From the NCBI GenBank assembly GCA_965371515.1, contig CBDUYR010000007.1:1-64000 (forward strand): 64,000 bases of DNA, read 5' to 3'. The notes under the pieces were generated by a model, which did not search any database, was not told the DNA's origin, and saw nothing but the letters and a program-made list of their open reading frames with translations. Source of the DNA: an uncultured bacterium (lineage in GTDB: Bacteria; Krumholzibacteriota; Krumholzibacteriia; Krumholzibacteriales; Krumholzibacteriaceae). This document shows, in pieces, positions 1 through 8,332 of the stretch. Each line of letters starts with the position of its first letter. The first letter of the stretch is position 1. Made by a program: the position numbers and the translations under genes.

Positions 1-12
1 GCCTTCATAATA

Positions 13-32
13 ATATATAGATATTCATATGT
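13..32. promoter_or_regulatory. Imperfect AT-rich palindrome upstream of the tusA-arsR operon; candidate ArsR-family operator
   Basis: ATATATAGATATTCATATGT matches its reverse complement at 14/20 positions and lies about 25 nt before the first gene of an operon encoding an ArsR/SmtB repressor. Confidence 0.4.
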
Positions 33-58
33 TCTTATCTGCTTCAGAAAGGTATGTC

Positions 59-313
59 ATGGACGATAACGAACTGAGAGAAATCCAGGCTGACAAGACG
101 GTCGACGCGAGGGGTATGGCCTGCCCGGGTCCGCTTCTCGAGGCGAAGAAAGCGATCACAGAGATTTCGGATAACGGCGTGCTCGAGGTCCTTTCCTCGG
201 ATGAAGGAACGAACAACGACATTCCCATGTGGTCGAAGAAGATGAACTACGAAGTCCTCGGTATCATCGAGGAGGCCGGTTTCTGGAGACTCTTCGTCAA
301 GAAGAGCGTCTGA
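59..313 (+). CDS. tusA: TusA/SirA-family sulfur carrier protein
   Basis: 84 aa; DARGMACPGP carries the CPxP persulfide motif; 'LEVLSSD...DIPMW' pattern. ATG at 59 follows AGAAAGG (ORF track starts at 29). Confidence 0.88.
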   Translation: MDDNELREIQADKTVDARGMACPGPLLEAKKAITEISDNGVLEVLSSDEGTNNDIPMWSKKMNYEVLGIIEEAGFWRLFVKKSV

Positions 314-327
314 GGCCGGTGTCAGAT

Positions 328-633
328 ATGAGCAAGGACCTTCCCGATCTGGACAACTGCGCAAGGGTCGCTAAAATCCTGAAATCGATGGCTCACCCAC
401 AGCGCCTGTTCATACTGTGCAGGCTGCACCAGAAGGAATGTACGGTGAGCGAGCTCGAGGAACTGACCGAGGCTTCCCAGCCTCTGATCTCGCAGCACCT
501 GCAGAGGATGAGGCACGAGGAGCTTGTCGATTCGAGGCGGGAGGGAAACTTCGTCTATTACAGCGTCAACGACCAGCATGTCAAGGTGCTGCTGGACGCT
601 CTCGAAAACCTTTACGGGTTGAGCTCAAAGTAA
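328..633 (+). CDS. ArsR/SmtB-family transcriptional repressor (BigR/SqrR-like)
   Basis: 101 aa; LKSMAHPQRLFILCRL...SQPLISQHL...RREGNFVYYS is the ArsR winged-HTH signature. Confidence 0.9.
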   Translation: MSKDLPDLDNCARVAKILKSMAHPQRLFILCRLHQKECTVSELEELTEASQPLISQHLQRMRHEELVDSRREGNFVYYSVNDQHVKVLLDALENLYGLSSK

Positions 634-1050
634 ATGACAGATAAGGATCCCAAGATACTCGTGTTTTCGACGGAGAATGTTTCCGACCCGGGCATCGACC
701 TTGCCGGCAGGAACAAGATGCATTACTCGCCGTCGGTCTACGTCATCACGTTGCCGTGCTCGAGCGCGATAAGGCCATCCTGGATCGTCCACGCCATAGA
801 GAAGGGATTCGACGGCGTCTTCATCGCGGCCGATGGCAACGACTGCGCATATGTCTCGGACTGTACGACGAGAACCGGGAAGCTCGTTGCCGACGCCCAG
901 GAGATGCTGAAGGAACGATCTCTCGATCCTGCCAGGCTCAGGATGGCAGCCATCTGCTCGGTATGCGCCGAGCCCTTCGACAAATACATGGACAGTTTTG
1001 GAAAGCAGCTCAGGAAAATTTCTGCAGCTTCATCATCGAATACGGAGTAA
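634..1050 (+). CDS. mvhD: MvhD/FlpD-family [2Fe-2S] subunit with a divergent Cys pattern
   Basis: PKILVF...DLAG...HYSPSVYVITLPCS...HAIEKGFDGVFIA...LDPARLRM; 138 aa; directly upstream of hdrA-like genes. Confidence 0.8.
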   Translation: MTDKDPKILVFSTENVSDPGIDLAGRNKMHYSPSVYVITLPCSSAIRPSWIVHAIEKGFDGVFIAADGNDCAYVSDCTTRTGKLVADAQEMLKERSLDPARLRMAAICSVCAEPFDKYMDSFGKQLRKISAASSSNTE

Positions 1051-1056
1051 GACGAC

Positions 1057-3765
1057 TTGGATTATGATGCGCTGGTGATAGGCGGCGGTATAGCCGGAAT
1101 GGAGTCGGGAATCCTTCTCGGCGACATGGGCTATAATGTGCTCATGGTGGAGAAGGAGCCGAGTATCGGAGGGAAGATGATCCTGCTGAGCAAGGTCTTC
1201 CCTACACTGGACTGCGCCAGCTGCATTTCGACGCCGAAGATGGCCGGCACCGCCAACCACCCGAACATAGATCTCAACATCCATACCGAGGTGGACAGGA
1301 TCGAGAAACTCGAGAACGGAAAGTTCCGTGTGACGATCAGAAAGAAGCCGACTTACGTTGATCTCGAAAAATGCACCGGATGCCAGGATTGCGAGAAGGT
1401 CTGTTCGGTGACGGTACCTGATCAGTACAATTTCGAGATGGTGTCGAGGAAAGCCGCCCACATAGTCTATCCGCAGGCCGTCCCCAAGAAGGCGGTTATC
1501 GATAGGAAGGGAACTTCTCCCTGCACATTCTCATGCCCGGCCGATATCAAGGCGAACGGCTACATCTCGCTGGCCAAGCAGAGGGAGTACGACAAGGCCT
1601 TCGAGCTCATCCTCGAGGACGCTCCTCTTGTGGCTAGCCTCGGGAGGGCGTGCTACGCGCCATGCCAGGATGAATGCACCCGGAAGGAAATCGGACACGC
1701 CCCTCACATAAAGCTGCTGAAACGTTTCATCGCCGATCATTACTATGCGGAACATCCGAAACCCGAGTACGGTCCCGTCGAGGAGAGGACCGGAAAGAAA
1801 GCCGCTGTCATAGGCTCGGGGCCGGCAGGGCTCAGCGCAGCATATTTTCTCGCAAAAAGGGGCCATGACGTAGTGATCTTCGAGGCGGCGGACGAGGCGG
1901 GGGGGATGCTCCGGTCTGGACTTCCATCATACAGGCTTCCCAAATACACGGTGGACCGCGACATAATGAACGTCACCGCACTCGGTGTCGAGATAAAGAC
2001 AAGCGCACGTGTTGAGTCGATAGACTGGCTTCGCGATGAAGGATTCGAGGCGGTGTTCGTTTCCGTGGGAGCGACGAGAGCGAAGAAGCTGGGCATCGAG
2101 GGAGAGGATCTCAGCGGCGTGACAACCGGACTCGAACTGCTGAGGACCGTCAATACCGGAAAGCATGTAGATCTCGCCGGACGCCGGGTCATGGTCGTAG
2201 GCGGCGGAAATGTCGCCATTGACGTGGCGAGGACTGCGGCGAGGCTGGGAGCCTCGGAAGTGCACCTGATGTGCCTCGAGCAAAGGGACGAGATGCCGGC
2301 CACCGAGGAAGAGATAGAGGAAGCGCTGGCAGAGGGGATAGTCATCCACGAAGGGATCGGGCCGGTGAGATTCCGCGGGAGCGCAGGCAAGGTATCCGGT
2401 GTCGAGACAATACGCTGCCTCAGCGTTTTCAACGAAGAGGGCAGGTTCTCACCGAAATTCGGCGTAAATGCAAAGGGATTTCTCGAGACGGACACGGTCT
2501 TCGTCTCGATCGGCCAGTTCTCCGAGACTGCGGCTTTCGTGGACTGTGGAATAGAAGTAAACAGCAACAAAACTATCAAGGCCGACGCGGGAAGCCTGAT
2601 GACATGCCTCGAAGGCGTGTTCGCCGGCGGGGAAGCCGTCACGGGGCCTTCGATGATAGTTGAAGCGATAGGGTACGGGAAACGTGCGGCGTGGTATATC
2701 GACAGGTATCTGCTCGGCGAAACGTACAGCAATGTGGAATACCCCGGTTCCCTGCCTGTTGTCGACAGGGAAGAAGTGCTCGCCCGCCAGATCGAGTATC
2801 CGGGGGATACGGTCGAACCGGGAGAGCTGCTGGCACCGGGGAGGCTGTCCGGATTCGACGAGGTGCAGTTGCCGCTCGATGAGGACGAGGCCTTCGCCTC
2901 TGCTGCCAACTGCCTCAACTGCGGGGTATGCAGCGAGTGCCATGAGTGCGTGAACATCTGTCCTGCAGACGCGGTCGATCTCTACATGAAGGAAGAGATA
3001 AAGGAATACGAGGTAGGCTCTGTCGTCGTCTCGACCGGATTCAGGCTCTTCCCGGGAGAGATACACGAACGTTACGGGTACGGCAGGGCGGCAAATGTCA
3101 TCACGGCGATGCAGATGGACAGGCTCGTAGCCCCTACGAGGCCGTACGACCATGTACTGAGGCCCTCTGACGGAAAGGCCCCCGATAATATAGCGTACAT
3201 ACTCTGCGTCGGCTCGAGGGACCAGTCGCTGGGCAACCCGATCTGCTCGAGGGTGTGCTGCATGTATTCGATGAAGCAGGCCCAGCTGATCCTCGGATCG
3301 CTTCCGATAGCCGATGTAACGATCTACTTCATCGACATAAGGGCTTTCGGCAAGGGGTACGATGAGTTCTACGAGCAGACGAAGGCGATGGGTGTGAGGT
3401 TCGTGAAGGGAAAAGTCGCACAGGTAGACGAGAAAGAAGACGGCAACCTCATACTGAGGTACGAGGACATAGACGCGGGGGGGGCAATAAAGAAGGCGGA
3501 GCACGATCTCGTCGTGCTCTCTACAGGCTTCATTCCCAATCCCGATTACAAACGTCTCTTCGAGGGGGCAGGGCTCGAGTCTGACGAGATGCTCTATGTA
3601 AGCGAACCCGAGGAGTACAGGAATCCAGGGAGGACGTCTATCGACGGTGTTTATGTTGCAGGCACCGCGACCGGCCCGATGGACATCCCCGACACGATCC
3701 TGCATTCGGGCGCCGCGGCAGCCCAGGCCGCTTCGTATATCGAGAAGATGAAAGGCCGGAAATGA
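1057..3765 (+). CDS. HdrA/QmoA-like flavoprotein with an inserted GltD/NfnB-like NAD(P)H oxidoreductase module (HdrL-like)
   Basis: GGGIAG FAD motif and KVFPTLDCASC; insert with CTFSCP, GRACYAPCQDEC, GSGPAG and GGGNVAIDVAR; ferredoxin motifs; C-terminal CVGSRD...CSRVCC and GPMDIPDT. TTG start. Confidence 0.88.
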   Translation: MDYDALVIGGGIAGMESGILLGDMGYNVLMVEKEPSIGGKMILLSKVFPTLDCASCISTPKMAGTANHPNIDLNIHTEVDRIEKLENGKFRVTIRKKPTYVDLEKCTGCQDCEKVCSVTVPDQYNFEMVSRKAAHIVYPQAVPKKAVIDRKGTSPCTFSCPADIKANGYISLAKQREYDKAFELILEDAPLVASLGRACYAPCQDECTRKEIGHAPHIKLLKRFIADHYYAEHPKPEYGPVEERTGKKAAVIGSGPAGLSAAYFLAKRGHDVVIFEAADEAGGMLRSGLPSYRLPKYTVDRDIMNVTALGVEIKTSARVESIDWLRDEGFEAVFVSVGATRAKKLGIEGEDLSGVTTGLELLRTVNTGKHVDLAGRRVMVVGGGNVAIDVARTAARLGASEVHLMCLEQRDEMPATEEEIEEALAEGIVIHEGIGPVRFRGSAGKVSGVETIRCLSVFNEEGRFSPKFGVNAKGFLETDTVFVSIGQFSETAAFVDCGIEVNSNKTIKADAGSLMTCLEGVFAGGEAVTGPSMIVEAIGYGKRAAWYIDRYLLGETYSNVEYPGSLPVVDREEVLARQIEYPGDTVEPGELLAPGRLSGFDEVQLPLDEDEAFASAANCLNCGVCSECHECVNICPADAVDLYMKEEIKEYEVGSVVVSTGFRLFPGEIHERYGYGRAANVITAMQMDRLVAPTRPYDHVLRPSDGKAPDNIAYILCVGSRDQSLGNPICSRVCCMYSMKQAQLILGSLPIADVTIYFIDIRAFGKGYDEFYEQTKAMGVRFVKGKVAQVDEKEDGNLILRYEDIDAGGAIKKAEHDLVVLSTGFIPNPDYKRLFEGAGLESDEMLYVSEPEEYRNPGRTSIDGVYVAGTATGPMDIPDTILHSGAAAAQAASYIEKMKGRK

Positions 3766-5711
3766 GCGAGAGAAAGGTCGGCGTATATATCTGTCACTGC
3801 GGAGGGAACATCTCCGATTACGTCGACGTCGAAAGGGTAAAAGCCGCCGTCGAGAAAGAACTCGGCGTCACAGTTTCGAGGACGACGATGTTCACCTGCT
3901 CGGACGCCTCGCAGACGGAGATGATAGAGGATATAAAGGAGCAGGGCCTCGACGGGATGGTAGTGGCCTCGTGCTCGCCGAAGCTCCACCTTACCACATT
4001 CAGGGGTGTTGCCGAGAGGGCCGGCCTCAATCCGTTCCAGTACGTTCAGGTCAACATCCGCGAACAGTGCTCGTGGGCCCATTCGGACGACAGGGAGGGG
4101 GCCACGGAGAAAGCGATAGGCCTCATAAAGGGCGGCATAGAGAAGACGAAGCTGACCGAGCCGCTTGCGCCGATCAGGGTAACATCGGTCAAGAGCGTGC
4201 TGGTTCTCGGAGCGGGAATTGCCGGGATGCGCGCGGCCCTCGAGATGGCCGATCTCGGTGTCGAGGTATTCCTCGTCGAGAGGGATCATTTTATCGGCGG
4301 CGAGTCGGCGAAACTCGGGAAGATGTATCCGTCGGGAAGAAAAGGCGGAGAGGTCGCCGCGGAGCTGTACGACGATATCAGTAAAAGAACGAACATAAAC
4401 CTCTTTACAGGCGCGGAGATGACGTCGAAAGAGGGTTACATCGGAAACTTCAACGCGCATGTCAGGGTCAGACCCAGGTTCGTCACCGGGACGGAAGGCG
4501 ATTTCGAGAGAGCTGAACGGGAGTGTCCCGTCGAAGTCCCGAGCGAGCTGCACAGGGGGCTGAAGACGCGCAAGGCGATCTACCGACCGGGTGGCCTGGC
4601 GAGGCCGGAGAGATGGGCGATAGACGCCGAGGCCTGCACTATGTGCGGACGCTGCGCCGAGATCTGCCCCGGATCGATAGATCTTGATCAGACGGAAGAA
4701 TTCATGATCTTCGATGCCGGAGCTATCATCACGGCAACGGGCTTTGACAATTATTCACCTCTGGAAGGTGAGTTCGGGTTCGGCACCGGCGGAGTGGTGA
4801 CCCTCCCTCAATTCGAGAGCATGATAGAAAATACTGGTAGCAGGTTCGAATTCGGGGGAAGGGAAGTCCGCGATGTGGTTTTCATCTACTGCGTGGGCAG
4901 CAGACAGAGTAGAGAGACAGAGAACGCCAACCGATATTGCAGCCGCTTTTGTTGCAACGCGGCCGTTGGAGCCGCTCTCAACGCAGCGGAGAAGATCGAG
5001 GGCCTGAGGACATGGCACATCTACAGGGACATCAGGACGTACGGGAAGTTCGAGCTTCTCTATGAGCAGGCCTCGTCAGGTGGAGCGGTCTTTTGCCGCT
5101 TCGATCCTGAATCGCCTCCTGTGGTAGAGGACGAGGGTGAGAGGCTGCTCGTCAGAGTAAACGATCTGCTCACCGGCGGCGATGAGATCGGCATCGGAGC
5201 CGATCTCGTGGTGCTTGTCACCGGTATGGTGCCAGCCCGGAACGAGGAGCTGACCTCAGTCCTGCGCCTGCCGATCGGTGAGGACGGATTCTACAACGAG
5301 ATCCATACCAAGCTTCGGCCCGTAGAGACCGTTATTGACGGAGTATACATCGGAGGTTGCAGCCAGGGGCCGAAGAATTCTACGGAGAGTATCGCGTCGT
5401 CGCTCTCCTGCGTCGCAAAGGCCGCCGCCCTCCTGGTGAAAGGTTATGTCGACCTTCAGCCGTTCATCGCATACGTGGAGACAGATCTCTGCAAGTGGTG
5501 CGGCGAGTGCGAGAAGGCATGCCCATATTCGGCGATAGAGAAGACGGTTGTGGACGGAATTGAAGTGGCCGTAGTCAGAGACGTGCTTTGCAAGGGGTGC
5601 GGAGCCTGCCTGCCCGTCTGCCCGTACGACGCTACGCAGCTGAAGGGATTCACAGACACGCAGATCAAATCGATGATAGAGGCTTTCGCCGCGGAGGCAT
5701 CGAGTGTCTGA
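3762..5711 (+). CDS. hdrA: HdrA/QmoB-like CoB--CoM heterodisulfide reductase subunit A family protein
   Basis: GVYICHCGGNI, CSPKLH, NIREQCSWAH, GAGIAG, CVGSR...CSRFCC and two C-terminal CxxCxxCxxxCP motifs; ATGA overlap with the upstream gene. Confidence 0.9.
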   Translation: MSERKVGVYICHCGGNISDYVDVERVKAAVEKELGVTVSRTTMFTCSDASQTEMIEDIKEQGLDGMVVASCSPKLHLTTFRGVAERAGLNPFQYVQVNIREQCSWAHSDDREGATEKAIGLIKGGIEKTKLTEPLAPIRVTSVKSVLVLGAGIAGMRAALEMADLGVEVFLVERDHFIGGESAKLGKMYPSGRKGGEVAAELYDDISKRTNINLFTGAEMTSKEGYIGNFNAHVRVRPRFVTGTEGDFERAERECPVEVPSELHRGLKTRKAIYRPGGLARPERWAIDAEACTMCGRCAEICPGSIDLDQTEEFMIFDAGAIITATGFDNYSPLEGEFGFGTGGVVTLPQFESMIENTGSRFEFGGREVRDVVFIYCVGSRQSRETENANRYCSRFCCNAAVGAALNAAEKIEGLRTWHIYRDIRTYGKFELLYEQASSGGAVFCRFDPESPPVVEDEGERLLVRVNDLLTGGDEIGIGADLVVLVTGMVPARNEELTSVLRLPIGEDGFYNEIHTKLRPVETVIDGVYIGGCSQGPKNSTESIASSLSCVAKAAALLVKGYVDLQPFIAYVETDLCKWCGECEKACPYSAIEKTVVDGIEVAVVRDVLCKGCGACLPVCPYDATQLKGFTDTQIKSMIEAFAAEASSV

Positions 5712-5982
5712 CACGATAGACGAAAGATTTCCCGAGTCGAGGCTCTACGCCGGACGCCGCCGTGAAGTGGCGAGGCGTGAAACCGGCATGAGGAGAAAGA
5801 TACTCGATACGCTTGAATCCGGGCCGAAGACAATCCCCGAGATTGCCGAGGCGACCGGACTGCCTTCAAGAGACGTTCTCTGGTGGGTCATGGGATGCGT
5901 GAGGTACAACTTTGTTGAGCCTACTGGAGAGACGACGTCCGAAGGTTATCACAAATACGGCATCGCCGGGAGGGACGAGTAA
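5704..5982 (+). CDS. Small winged-helix protein embedded in the Hdr/Qmo-like operon
   Basis: 92 aa; KILDTLESGPKTIPEIAEATGLPSRDV is HTH-like; overlaps both neighbours. Confidence 0.7.
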   Translation: MSDTIDERFPESRLYAGRRREVARRETGMRRKILDTLESGPKTIPEIAEATGLPSRDVLWWVMGCVRYNFVEPTGETTSEGYHKYGIAGRDE

Positions 5983-7061
5983 TGGACAGGGTCGATCCGC
6001 GCATAGCAGAAGAGATGAAGAAGCTCGGAGCTTTTGATCTCTCCGCCTGCTACAGCTGCGGATATTGCAGCGCACTTTGCCCTCTCTGCGAGAGCGACAT
6101 ATCGTTTCCAAGGAGGATGATCAGGTACTCGATGCTCGGCCTCGAGGACCGGATCCTCTCTTCTCCGGAGCCGTGGATGTGCTACTACTGCGGTGAGTGC
6201 AGCGAGACCTGCCCGAGGCAGGCCGACCCGGGAAGCCTCATGATGGCTATGCGCAGGTTCGTCACGAGGCGGTATACTCTCGGAAAGATCGCAGACGTCT
6301 TTTACTCGGCTTTTTCATCGGTGATAACCTGGGTCGTCCTCAGCGCCCTGGCCGTCCTCTGGATCGTCCTCTCATACGACAGCGGGATGAACATGGAAGA
6401 GGTTGATTTCCTCTCCTTTATTCATCTTGAGCCGATCCATAACGCCGGCATCGCCCTGACGGCATTTATCGCGCTGGCGATGATCCTCAACCTCTCAGTC
6501 ATGGTCCGGGCGGTAAAAAGAGGATTCAAGGCGGAGAAAACCGGGTTCAGGGACCTGGCGAAGGCCGCGGCTTTCGCGTTAGGCGAATCGGCTACTCAGC
6601 AGAGATTCGACCTGTGCGCGAGAGACAGGACGAAACGATGGGCACATCTTGCCATCTCGTGGGGTTTCGCAGGGATGTTTCTCGCGACGGCGCTTGTCAT
6701 GGGTATAGATTACGAGATCCTTGGCATAAGTCGATCGATCCCGTTCGCATTCGGCTCGGTATTCGGTGCCCTGACGGTGGCCGGTACTGTCTGGTTCCTC
6801 GTCCAGAGGATCGGTAAGAACGACGAGTCTATGAAATACTCGCACTTGAGCGACTGGATGTTCCTCATTCTTATATTTGCGTCGGTCATGACAGGATACG
6901 TCATGGTGCTGTTCAAATACCTCAATATGCCTATGGCTGCCTACATCTCGTTCGCCGTTCATTTCGTGGTGGTTTTCAATCTGCTCGTATCGTTCCCGTT
7001 CACGAAATTCGCACATATGGTTTACAGGCCCCTGGCGCTCTGGCTCTCGGGGCTCAAATAG
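5982..7061 (+). CDS. QmoC-like membrane subunit (HdrC-type 2x[4Fe-4S] plus cytochrome b/HdrE-NarI-like transmembrane domain)
   Basis: CYSCGYCSALCP and CYYCGECSETCP, then about 6 hydrophobic segments with His residues (HLAISWGF, HFVVVF, FTKFAHMVYRP). Confidence 0.82.
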   Translation: MDRVDPRIAEEMKKLGAFDLSACYSCGYCSALCPLCESDISFPRRMIRYSMLGLEDRILSSPEPWMCYYCGECSETCPRQADPGSLMMAMRRFVTRRYTLGKIADVFYSAFSSVITWVVLSALAVLWIVLSYDSGMNMEEVDFLSFIHLEPIHNAGIALTAFIALAMILNLSVMVRAVKRGFKAEKTGFRDLAKAAAFALGESATQQRFDLCARDRTKRWAHLAISWGFAGMFLATALVMGIDYEILGISRSIPFAFGSVFGALTVAGTVWFLVQRIGKNDESMKYSHLSDWMFLILIFASVMTGYVMVLFKYLNMPMAAYISFAVHFVVVFNLLVSFPFTKFAHMVYRPLALWLSGLK

Positions 7062-7104
7062 ATTTTCAGTGTGGAACCGATCTTTCTCTATCCAGGAGGC
7101 AGAA

Positions 7105-7587
7105 ATGTCTGAAGGCAGCACTCCCGAAAAGGTCAGTCTGATCATCATGAGTGGCGATATGGACAAAGTGATGGGGGCTTTCATCATCGCCAATGGAGCG
7201 TCGGCGTTCGACATGGATGTGACGATGTTCTTCACCTTCTGGGGACTCAAGGCAATCCAGAAGGGCAACCTTACCGGCAAGAGTTTTTTCGGCAGGATGC
7301 TCGGCATGATGAACCGGGGTGGAATCGACAGGCTCGGACCCTCCAAGCTCAATTTCGGAGGCATGGGAAGATGGATGTTCAAGAAGATGATGAATACACA
7401 TAATGTAACACCGCTTCCGAAACTGCTTGAGCAGGCGCAGCAGCAGGGCGTCAAGATGATCGCGTGCGAGATGAGCATGAACGTGATGGAGATCGCCAAG
7501 GAAGATCTTATAGACGGGATCGGGATAGCCGGCGTCGGATCGTACCTGGCCGAGGCTTCCGAGTCGAAGATCCAGCTCTTCATCTGA
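7105..7587 (+). CDS. DsrE/DsrF/DrsH-like (DsrE2-type) sulfur relay protein
   Basis: SGDMDK...VTMFFTFWGL...MIACEMSM...GVGSYL motifs; ATG at 7105 after AGGAGG. Confidence 0.88.
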   Translation: MSEGSTPEKVSLIIMSGDMDKVMGAFIIANGASAFDMDVTMFFTFWGLKAIQKGNLTGKSFFGRMLGMMNRGGIDRLGPSKLNFGGMGRWMFKKMMNTHNVTPLPKLLEQAQQQGVKMIACEMSMNVMEIAKEDLIDGIGIAGVGSYLAEASESKIQLFI

Positions 7588-7597
7588 TCGGGGATTA

Positions 7598-8191
7598 TTG
7601 TTGGCGAGTGGTAGTAAGATAGAACTCGAGTTCCATCCGCTCATGGACGAGCAATGGGATGATTTTGTGAAACTCTTCGGAAAGAGGGGCGCATGCGGGG
7701 GATGCTGGTGCATGTGGTGGAGGCAGACGGCGAAGGAGTACGAGGCTTCAAAGGGGGAGAAGAACCGAAGGAAGATGAAGAAGCTCGTTGGCTCGGGAGA
7801 GGTTCCCGGACTTCTGGCGTATCATGAAGGCGAACCTGTCGGCTGGTGCGCCGTGGCTCCCCGTGTTGACTATCCCCGTCTCTCCAGGTCCAGGATCCTC
7901 AAGCCAATTGATGACAAACCCGTCTGGTCGTTAGTTTGCTTGTTCGTGGCGAGGAGGTACCGCAACATGGGCGTTTCGGGCGCCTTGATCAGGGCGGCGC
8001 TGGACTTCGTCCGCGAACGCGGAGGCAGGACACTGGAGGCATATCCGGTAGAGCCGAAGAAGGACCGGATGCCAGACGCGTTTGCATTCCACGGACTTGC
8101 CGTATCGTTCTCGAGGGCCGGATTCACCGAGGTGGCAAGGCGCTCGGAGACGAGGCCGATTATGCGGTATGAGATCGAGATAAATATGTAG
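7598..8191 (+). CDS. GNAT-family N-acetyltransferase
   Basis: GACGGCWCMWW; PVGWCAVAPR; CLFVARRYRNMGVSGALI (motif A); LEAYP; AGFTEV. Confidence 0.85.
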   Translation: MLASGSKIELEFHPLMDEQWDDFVKLFGKRGACGGCWCMWWRQTAKEYEASKGEKNRRKMKKLVGSGEVPGLLAYHEGEPVGWCAVAPRVDYPRLSRSRILKPIDDKPVWSLVCLFVARRYRNMGVSGALIRAALDFVRERGGRTLEAYPVEPKKDRMPDAFAFHGLAVSFSRAGFTEVARRSETRPIMRYEIEINM

Positions 8192-8208
8192 AATCCTCCT
8201 GAAAATTC

Positions 8209-8249
8209 TGTCAACAATAATTGACAAATCTGGGCTTCCCGGTTAGACT
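8209..8249 (+). promoter_or_regulatory. Sigma70-type promoter whose -35 is half of a TGTCAA-N6-TTGACA palindrome
   Basis: TTGACA 8221-8226, 17-nt spacer, TAGACT 8244-8249; TGTCAA at 8209-8214. Confidence 0.6.
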
Positions 8250-8332
8250 CCATTTCAAGCGGCACGTTTTCACAGCTGCAGTTGAAATATCGATCTATGC
8301 TGCAGTCAGTGGCTTGTAGGCTGGAGGGGAAT

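Noticed and set aside
1743..3705. Long antisense ORFs (404 aa and 418 aa) opposite the HdrA chimera
   Set aside because: Shadow ORFs of a GC-rich coding strand; no motifs, and they fully overlap a well-supported gene.
59..7587. Evidence for methanogenesis or dissimilatory sulfate reduction
   Set aside because: No mcr, aprAB, sat or dsrAB in the window; Hdr/Qmo-like genes alone are not diagnostic.
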